Below, piece by piece: positions 7,136 to 13,444 of a stretch of DNA of 13,444 bases. A program made the position numbers and the translations under genes. The stretch's first letter is position 1, and each line of letters begins with the position of its first letter. The notes beneath the pieces are model-generated. The model searched no databases and had not been told where the DNA came from. It worked only from the letters and a program-made list of their open reading frames with translations. Source of the DNA: Methanotrichaceae archaeon (lineage in GTDB: Archaea > Halobacteriota > Methanosarcinia > Methanotrichales > Methanotrichaceae); contig CAWEXU010000011.1 of assembly GCA_963813075.1 (NCBI GenBank), positions 1 through 13,444 of the forward strand, in the 5' to 3' direction.

Positions 7136-8428
7136 ATGGTGATGATACCCTTAAAAGCACTAATGCTGGCCTTTGCATTATTGATGCTCTCTGCATCGGG
7201 CAATGGCTATGTACTGCATATATTCGGCAATGCCAATCTCGACGATGATATCAATGACCAGGATTTAGCATATCTAGAGAGGATAATAGAGGGAACCGAA
7301 GAGCCGACATGGCTCTCTGATGCGGACAATAATGGAGAGATCGACGAATCAGACATCTCACTAGTGCAGAGCATCATCAACGGAACCCCTAGCGAGATCA
7401 CAATCGTTGATTCAGACAATAAGACAGTGACTGTAAAGCAGCCCCTGGAGAGGCTGGTCGTCTATACCCATCAGTGCGCTGAGATCCTCCAGCTCCTGGG
7501 AGCGGAGGAGAAGGTGGTGGGGGTCAGGGACACATTCGCTGAGCAGCCCAACAGGTTCCCGCGGTTGAGCAAGTACCAGAGCATAGGCAGTGGTGGAGAG
7601 CCCGATGTGGAGGCGGTCTTAAAGACCAATCCCGATGCCATCCTCGCTTATACCTGGTACCCATCTGAAGAGTCGCTGGACGATAAGCTTCCCCCAGAGG
7701 TTGAGGTCCTGCGATTCGATTGTGAGTGCAGCGGCCAGGGCCCCGACGACATGAGAGAGAGGGTCCGGTTGCTGGGAATCCTGATGGGTGCAAGGGATAG
7801 GGCAGAGGAGTATCTGCAGTGGCACGACGCCATCCTCGACCAGGTGGAGGATGAGGTCCGGAAGATCCCCCAGAATGAACGGGTGCGGGTATACCTGGAG
7901 AGCACGCCCGAGGGCGACCGGCCCATGAGTTCCCGAACGGCTATTGGCACCGGCCATGCAGCCCACAAGCTGGTGGAGATGGCAGGAGGTGTTAACATCG
8001 CTGCCGGCCGCCTTCCTGGATATGAGGATACAGCCTTCGAGTATGGCGAGATAGAGACTGAGTGGGTCCTCTCCCAGAATCCGGAGGTCATCGTAGGCCG
8101 GGCCATGGGCCCAGGGATCAGGCCTTATGAAAATGTCAATGACAGCCTCCTTGAAAGCTACGCCCAGGATATCAGGAGCCTGCCGGGATTCGATGAGGTC
8201 CGGGCCGTGAAGAACGATGGGATATACATCATAACCAATGACTATGCAATAACGCCCAACTACCCCTCTGCCGTCCTCCTTCTGGCCAGATGGTTCTATC
8301 CGGATCGATTCGCAGATATCGACCCCCAGGCGGCTCACCAGGAGTATGTGAATATGATGGGCTTGGACTATGATGTCCGAGAGAAGGGTGCGTTCTTCTT
8401 CTCTGAAGAGCAAGCAGAGGATCTATGA
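7136..8428 (+). CDS. Class III substrate-binding protein with N-terminal dockerin-like domain
   Basis: Signal peptide, GNANLDDDINDQD...DADNNGEIDESD, DSDNKTVTV..P.ERLV, PDVEAVLKTNPDAI, EWVLSQNPEVI, AVKND, LARWFYPDRF. AGAGGA at 7127-7132 supports a start at 7136, 7139 or 7142 rather than 7049. Confidence 0.9.
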   Translation: MVMIPLKALMLAFALLMLSASGNGYVLHIFGNANLDDDINDQDLAYLERIIEGTEEPTWLSDADNNGEIDESDISLVQSIINGTPSEITIVDSDNKTVTVKQPLERLVVYTHQCAEILQLLGAEEKVVGVRDTFAEQPNRFPRLSKYQSIGSGGEPDVEAVLKTNPDAILAYTWYPSEESLDDKLPPEVEVLRFDCECSGQGPDDMRERVRLLGILMGARDRAEEYLQWHDAILDQVEDEVRKIPQNERVRVYLESTPEGDRPMSSRTAIGTGHAAHKLVEMAGGVNIAAGRLPGYEDTAFEYGEIETEWVLSQNPEVIVGRAMGPGIRPYENVNDSLLESYAQDIRSLPGFDEVRAVKNDGIYIITNDYAITPNYPSAVLLLARWFYPDRFADIDPQAAHQEYVNMMGLDYDVREKGAFFFSEEQAEDL

Positions 8429-8486
8429 CATTTTTCAGCTGAGATTGATGAATTCGACAGCTACCATGAGAAAGGAGATGCTATAA

Positions 8487-9863
8487 TTGAGAGAAGATAA
8501 AATCTTTGTATTGGCGCTGGTTCTCCTCGCCAATATCATTCCCCTGTCATCGGGGTCAGGCTATGTACTCCATGTTTTTGGCAATGCCAATATGGACGGC
8601 ACAATCGACCAGGAGGATATAGCCACCCTCAGAGAGATCATCAGCAATAATATGAGTCCCACAGACCTGGCCGATGCCAACCTCGATGGCGAGGTTGATT
8701 TGCGGGATATAGCCCAGGTGGAGATGATCATCAATGGAACGGAGAAGGATCTGAGCCTTCTGGACGGGAACGATTTGCCCATCACCATCAATAAGCCAGT
8801 GGAGAGAATCGTGGTCGAATACCTGGACAATGCCGATCTGATGCAGATTCTCAAGAAGACGGATAAGGTAGTGGGGGTGGACCTGGCAGTGGCCAAATCC
8901 CCGGCGGAGTTTCCAGAGATGTCCAACCGGACGTGCGTGGGAGCCATGCACAAGGAACCGGACTATGAGAAGGTATTGAGTCTTGATCCCGATCTTCTCC
9001 TGGTATTCTCCAATGTCACCCAGGAGAAGAATAAGAACCTGCCTGGAGTGCCAGTGCTCTTTGCCGGCCTGTACTATCCCGACCTGCTCAAACCTGAGAC
9101 ATCTGCTTTCACCGATGCAGTGCGCAAGCTGGGCTATGTTCTTGACGCGCAACAGGATGCAGAAGAGTATATCCAATGGCATATGAATTCGCTCAATAGA
9201 CTGATTGAGACCACGGGAAGTATTCCTGATAGCGAGAGGCCGACGGTCCTGGTGGCCGCCTATCCCGAAGCTGATGAGAAGACCATCTTCACCTTTGCCC
9301 AGATAGATACCCTTACCAGCATGGTGGATCTGGCTGGCGGGAGGACGGTGGCGGCCGATCTGCCTGATTTTATGAAGTCCACCTATAGAATCGAGGTGGA
9401 CCCGGAGTGGGTCTTGCAAGAAGATCCGGATTATATCGTTTTGCTGGTTGTTGCCACCACTTACAGCGGATTGGTGTTGGATCCGCCCAGCGGCTATGAT
9501 GCCGATGATCCCACTGGAATGAAGGAGGCTCTGGAGGCCTTTATGAGCCGTCCGGAATATGCCAACCTCAAAGCGGTGCAGAACGGCGATGTCTACATAT
9601 TGAGCGGCAACCTCAGAAACGATGCCAGCAAAGGCCTTATTGGCGCAGCCTACCTGGCGCGGATATTCCATCCAGATGAGGCGGAGATGGATCCCGAGGA
9701 GCTGCATCAGGAGTACTTGCAGAGGTTCCTGGGGCTGGACTACGATTTGGATGAGCACGGAGTATTCATCTATCCGCCCCTGATCAAGGGCTCCGGAGAG
9801 CTGGAGGGGGTGCCGGATGGTTATTATGCTGCTGTATCCTATGAAGGGGCTGCCAAAGCCTGA
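8487..9863 (+). CDS. Class III substrate-binding protein with N-terminal dockerin-like domain
   Basis: TTG start after AAAGGAG; signal peptide; GNANMDGTIDQED...DANLDGEVDLRD; PVERIVV, PDYEKVLSLDPDLL, VDPEWVLQEDPDYI, AVQNGDVY. Confidence 0.9.
   Translation: MREDKIFVLALVLLANIIPLSSGSGYVLHVFGNANMDGTIDQEDIATLREIISNNMSPTDLADANLDGEVDLRDIAQVEMIINGTEKDLSLLDGNDLPITINKPVERIVVEYLDNADLMQILKKTDKVVGVDLAVAKSPAEFPEMSNRTCVGAMHKEPDYEKVLSLDPDLLLVFSNVTQEKNKNLPGVPVLFAGLYYPDLLKPETSAFTDAVRKLGYVLDAQQDAEEYIQWHMNSLNRLIETTGSIPDSERPTVLVAAYPEADEKTIFTFAQIDTLTSMVDLAGGRTVAADLPDFMKSTYRIEVDPEWVLQEDPDYIVLLVVATTYSGLVLDPPSGYDADDPTGMKEALEAFMSRPEYANLKAVQNGDVYILSGNLRNDASKGLIGAAYLARIFHPDEAEMDPEELHQEYLQRFLGLDYDLDEHGVFIYPPLIKGSGELEGVPDGYYAAVSYEGAAKA
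9688..9818 (+). repeat. 131-bp near-identical direct repeat; second copy at 11242-11372
   Basis: 5 mismatches in 131 bp by manual alignment, including a perfect 74-bp run (9702-9775 = 11256-11329). Confidence 0.95.
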
Positions 9864-9875
9864 GAAGAAAGAGTC

Positions 9876-9904
9876 GACAGGGCACAAGCCCTGTCCAAAT
9901 TTTT
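9876..9904 (+). terminator. Hairpin plus T-tract terminator after 8487..9863
   Basis: Perfect GACAGGGC-ACAA-GCCCTGTC stem-loop followed by CAAATTTTT. The same CAAATTTTT follows the next paralog at 11441. Confidence 0.7.
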
Positions 9905-9923
9905 ATCAATGCGGGCCAATTTT

Positions 9924-9957
9924 AGTAACATTTTTCTTTTGATAGTTATGATTAAAT
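9924..9957 (+). promoter_or_regulatory. Conserved upstream element (operator/promoter), copy 2
   Basis: 28/34 identity with 6999-7032; contains GTAACA-N13-AGTTAT and abuts a TTAAATA TATA-like box. Confidence 0.7.
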
Positions 9958-10064
9958 AGTAAAATATGCTGATAAGTATCATTGTGATAGAAAAAGGCTG
10001 CTTTTGATCGACCGATATGGTCTGCTCTGGCATGATCGAGCGGCCTGACATAAGGAGACTGGAA

Positions 10065-11411
10065 ATGAAGAGATGCTTAATAGCAGTGATTATGCTCTGC
10101 GGCCTTTTGGCGCAGGCATCGGCGGGAGACTATATCCTTCATATCTATGGCAACGCCAATATGGACGGGACCATAGATATGAAGGACATAGAATATCTCC
10201 AGGAGATAATAGCAGGATCGGTTAATGCTTCTCCCCTGGCAGATGCCAATTTCGACGGTAAGGTTGATGAAAATGACATATCCCAGGTGGAGATGATCAT
10301 CAATGATTCTCAAGAGAATATCACCATACTTGACGGAAATGGAAAGCCGGTGACGGTAAGGCTGCCCGTGGAAAGGGCCATCGTCGAGCACCTGGACAAT
10401 TCAGAGATGATGATGATCTTGAAACGGACGGATAAGGTGGCGGGTGTGGATCTGGCCATGTCCAAATCAGAGAAGGAGTTTCCCGATCTGGTCAAAAAGA
10501 CAAGCGTATCCGGCTTCTCTCCAGCCACAGATCCCGACTACGAGCAGGCTTTGAGTTTGAGCCCCGACCTCCTCCTCACCTTCTCCAACAAGACCGCAGA
10601 GAAGGAAGAGAAGATGCCAGAAGTGCCTGTTGTCTTTGCCGGACTATACTATCCTAACCTGATCAATCCAGAGAATTCCTCCTTTACCGATGCCGTGCAT
10701 AAGCTGGGGTATATCATGCAGGCGAGAGAGCAAGCAGAGGAGTACATCGATTGGCATATCAGCAAGATCGATGAGATCAAGTCATACACCGAGAATCTAG
10801 CCGAGGAAAAGAGGCCTAGAGTGCTCATAGCCACCCTGCCAAAAGAGGGAGATAATTCGATATTCACCTATGCAAAGATCGATACCTTAAGCCAGATGGT
10901 TACTTTGGCCGGAGGCAGAAGCATCGCCGAAGATCTGCCCGCCTACCTGGAATCAAGCTACAGAATCGAGGTGGACCCCGAATGGGTCATTAAGAGCGAT
11001 CCCGATTATATGATATTCATCACTATTGTTCTCACTCCGCCAATAGGATACGACTCTGATGACATCTCAGGCATTTCTCAAGCACTTTTATCATTCAAGA
11101 GCCGCCCGGAGTATGCCAATCTCACAGCGGTCAAGAACAACCAGGTCTACATCATCAACGGTAACCTGAGAAACGATGCCAGCAAAGGGCTTATAGGGGC
11201 TGCCTATCTGGCGCGGATCTTTCATTCTGACAATGTAGATCTGGATCCCGAGGATCTGCATCAGGAGTACTTGCAGAGGTTCCTGGGGCTGGACTACGAT
11301 TTGGATGAGCACGGAGTATTCATCTATCCACCCCTGATCAATGGCCCCGGAAAGCTGGAGGGGGTGCCGGATAGCTTCTATGCAAATGATTCTGAGGCAA
11401 GAGCTCAATGA
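10065..11411 (+). CDS. Class III substrate-binding protein with N-terminal dockerin-like domain; close paralog of 8487..9863
   Basis: ATG 10065 after AAGGAG; signal MKRCLIAVIMLCGLLAQASA; GNANMDGTIDMKD...DANFDGKVDEND; shares long motifs (GLYYP, IDTL, GNLRNDASKGLIGAAYLARIFH) with the upstream gene. Confidence 0.9.
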   Translation: MKRCLIAVIMLCGLLAQASAGDYILHIYGNANMDGTIDMKDIEYLQEIIAGSVNASPLADANFDGKVDENDISQVEMIINDSQENITILDGNGKPVTVRLPVERAIVEHLDNSEMMMILKRTDKVAGVDLAMSKSEKEFPDLVKKTSVSGFSPATDPDYEQALSLSPDLLLTFSNKTAEKEEKMPEVPVVFAGLYYPNLINPENSSFTDAVHKLGYIMQAREQAEEYIDWHISKIDEIKSYTENLAEEKRPRVLIATLPKEGDNSIFTYAKIDTLSQMVTLAGGRSIAEDLPAYLESSYRIEVDPEWVIKSDPDYMIFITIVLTPPIGYDSDDISGISQALLSFKSRPEYANLTAVKNNQVYIINGNLRNDASKGLIGAAYLARIFHSDNVDLDPEDLHQEYLQRFLGLDYDLDEHGVFIYPPLINGPGKLEGVPDSFYANDSEARAQ

Positions 11412-11440
11412 GGCTCCAGGCAATTCTGCGCCATTGTGCT

Positions 11441-11458
11441 CAAATTTTTTATAATTTT
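11441..11458 (+). terminator. Oligo-T tract, putative archaeal terminator
   Basis: CAAATTTTTTATAATTTT about 30 nt after the stop codon. Confidence 0.5.
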
Positions 11459-11579
11459 GAAAAACCCGGGGACCGGTCAAGGGAATTTCAGGCTTGATCG
11501 ATGGCTGATTTGCACTTGCATGCCATTGCCGAATTCTTCGCCTCCAAAGCCCGTCTCTGAGCTATATTGCTACTAATAG

Positions 11580-11594
11580 CAAAAGTTTTATTAA
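11580..11594 (+). promoter_or_regulatory. BRE-TATA promoter CAAAAGTTTTATTAA
   Basis: Exact 15-bp match to 1758-1772; flanked by the inverted repeat TATTGCTA...TAGTAATA. Confidence 0.7.
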
Positions 11595-11614
11595 CTAGTA
11601 ATATCTCTATAGGG

Positions 11615-11720
11615 AATACAGCGACAGAAAGCTGGTTGACCTCCTTTACCGTCGTCCGCCTGTCGTCGGTCTCCGGCCTCTGCCAGGGCCGGACTCCTCT
11701 TCTGAAAACAGCGGAGTTCA
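11615..11720 (+). ncRNA. Candidate structured sRNA or 5' leader with an anti-SD loop
   Basis: Three consecutive stem-loops starting about 25 nt after a TATA box. No family recognised; ends approximate. Confidence 0.4.
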
Positions 11721-11742
11721 TAGCGATTGAGGCTAATATGCC

Positions 11743-12012
11743 ATGACCTTGCTTATGATCACAGACATAAGAAAAAGCATCTATGACAGTGGATCGGATA
11801 TAGTCACTGCGGTATTTATGAATGGAGAGGTCCGTGGTGGCGACAAAATCAGGTCCCCGGATGAGAATATTCTTTTAGCACTGGAGAGCGCCACCGCACA
11901 AAAGGATATCCCGGCAATTGGGGTGCATTGCGGTGACCAGTACATCCGCCTGCGGGCCAATCCCGGCCACGGTCTGGCTGTCGGAGAAAGGATAAGCCTG
12001 GAGAGCATATAG
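11743..12012 (+). CDS. Hypothetical protein, 89 aa, possibly a small beta-barrel
   Basis: ATG after a TGAGG-like RBS; fills the gap to 8 nt before the convergent trpS stop; alternating hydrophobic strands with V..GD.I and L.VGE.I turns. No family recognised. Confidence 0.65.
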   Translation: MTLLMITDIRKSIYDSGSDIVTAVFMNGEVRGGDKIRSPDENILLALESATAQKDIPAIGVHCGDQYIRLRANPGHGLAVGERISLESI

Positions 12013-12020
12013 AGCAAAGC

Positions 12021-13355
12021 CTAAAGCCTAATTCCAAACTCCGGCAGCCTCTCTCGCGCCTCTTCGCGGGCTTGCTGGTGCTCGTCAAGGAACCTCTTTA
12101 TCCTCTCGGCCACATCCTTCTTGCAATTGCCGCACATCCTCCTGCCGCTGCGGCATTCAGCGTCAAGCTCCAAAAGCTCCTTGTCATCCTCAGATAGATG
12201 GAATAGAAGGAACTCATATATGGTGCACTTATCCGGCTCTCCTCCCAGCTTCTTCTGCTCTGCCAGGCTCTGCCTGCCGCCAGTGATGGCCCGCATGATC
12301 TTCCCTGCCGCCTCTTTGGGATCCTCAGTCAGAGCGATGTAGCTCTCCGGCTTGGAGGAGGACATCTTCCCCCCAGTAAGGCCGGTCATGAAGCGGTGGT
12401 AGATGGAGGCAGGGGGTATGAAGCCATACTCTCCGTGCTCCGTCTCCAGCCTTATGATTAACTCCTCTATCTCCTGCTGGGCCTCATCGATCCTCTGGCC
12501 CTCTCTCAGCTGGAGGTCTGTAATGTCGATATGCTCCTCATACCTCTTGACCTGTCCCAGCCCCGTCCCCCGCAGAGCCGATTCAGCCGCTTGCATCAAC
12601 TCCTGGCTAGCGGCCTTGCCCCGGACGCTGATGTAGTCTCCTCTCCTCTCGACCAGAAACCTCCTCATTCGATAGGCGAGGTCGCGGGTGAGCTTGATAT
12701 GGGGATCCTGATCTGCGCCCACCGGTATCACCACCGGCTTTGGCCCGCCGTACTCCTCGAGCTGTGGGTGGAGGATATCGGCGCTCTGGGCCATCACGCT
12801 CTCCATATGAGAGATGCAGGTCTCTCCGCTGAATCCATAGATGGCGCTGACCTCGGAGAAGTTGGCCTCTATCCCCAGCTCAAAGGCCAGGTTTCTGACG
12901 TGGTAGTTCTTGGACTGAAAATAGATGTGGCTGTTCTCTTTGGGCTGAAATCCCAGGGCGATGAGGCTGAGGATGTACTCCTCGATGCCAAACTGTCTGC
13001 ACCTCTCCCAGCTTATCCCCCGTACCGCATGGGCCTCCATATCGGCCACTGCAGCGAAGGCATCCCCGCCCTGCTGCTGGTGCCAGATGATCTCATTCAT
13101 GACCATCATGTGGCCGAAGTGAGCCCTGCCGGTAGGCATAAAGCCGCTCATGACGGCGAAAGGCCGGCCGCTTTTCATGGCCGCCAGCACAGCATCGTAG
13201 TTTCTGTGGCCGAATATTATCTTGCGCCTCATGTAGCGATGAGGATCTACCAGCTCGGGAAGGATATCATCGAAGCTCGATATCCCAAACTCCTCGAAGA
13301 GCTTGGTGTAATCTTCCACATGAACTGCACCCCAGGGATCAAGCCTCGTTTCCAT
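12021..13355 (-). CDS. trpS: Tryptophan--tRNA ligase, archaeal type
   Basis: LDPWG N-terminus, SGFMPTGRAHFGH (HIGH motif), QSADIL.PQ, PVGADQDPH..LTRD.A, GGKMSSS (KMSKS motif), A.TGGR. Confidence 0.97.
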   Translation of the reverse strand: METRLDPWGAVHVEDYTKLFEEFGISSFDDILPELVDPHRYMRRKIIFGHRNYDAVLAAMKSGRPFAVMSGFMPTGRAHFGHMMVMNEIIWHQQQGGDAFAAVADMEAHAVRGISWERCRQFGIEEYILSLIALGFQPKENSHIYFQSKNYHVRNLAFELGIEANFSEVSAIYGFSGETCISHMESVMAQSADILHPQLEEYGGPKPVVIPVGADQDPHIKLTRDLAYRMRRFLVERRGDYISVRGKAASQELMQAAESALRGTGLGQVKRYEEHIDITDLQLREGQRIDEAQQEIEELIIRLETEHGEYGFIPPASIYHRFMTGLTGGKMSSSKPESYIALTEDPKEAAGKIMRAITGGRQSLAEQKKLGGEPDKCTIYEFLLFHLSEDDKELLELDAECRSGRRMCGNCKKDVAERIKRFLDEHQQAREEARERLPEFGIRL

Positions 13356-13377
13356 GGCCGAAAGAGGAGGGAGCGCC

Positions 13378-13392
13378 TATATATCTATCTTC
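13378..13392 (-). promoter_or_regulatory. Possible TATA (ATATATA) for a leaderless trpS transcript
   Basis: TATA-like box ends about 23 nt upstream of the ATG, with no SD sequence in between. Confidence 0.45.
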
Positions 13393-13444
13393 TCATCATC
13401 CCTCCGTGTTCCTCTGCACCGGCGATCAAAGGACGAAGTGCTGG

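Noticed and set aside
8556..9887. 443-aa antisense ORF (also 7619..8413, 3809..4537 and other overlapping ORFs)
   Set aside because: They overlap well-supported genes, show no recognisable motifs, and are expected shadows of GC-rich codon usage.
13386..13444. Possible 3' end of an upstream minus-strand gene
   Set aside because: Too short to choose a frame or assign a product.
1..13444. CRISPR array, IS/transposase, integrase, tRNA or rRNA
   Set aside because: No regularly spaced repeats, terminal inverted repeats, recombinase motifs or cloverleaf/rRNA signatures seen.

Overview
Archaeal chromosomal window, inferred to be from a methanogen (Methanosarcinales/Methanothrix-like): it has an MC1 chromatin gene, an archaeal-type TrpRS and BRE-TATA promoters. 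Most of it looks like a trace-metal or metallophore uptake locus. It holds five paralogous secreted class III (BtuF/FepB/HutB-like) substrate-binding proteins, one truncated at the left edge. The four complete ones carry an N-terminal dockerin-like double EF-hand domain and have no lipobox or membrane anchor. There is also a heterodimeric exporter-fold ABC pair (CydDC/IrtAB/YbtPQ-like; second gene has a +1 frameshift) and a DUF4198 gene (+1 frameshift, no signal peptide). A spaced palindrome (GTAACA-N13-nnTTAY) recurs at several promoters. Two intergenic stretches look like structured RNAs; one (about 11615-11720) has its own BRE-TATA and shows an anti-Shine-Dalgarno CCUCC loop. trpS ends the window. 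All calls are from reading the sequence by eye; no searches were run.
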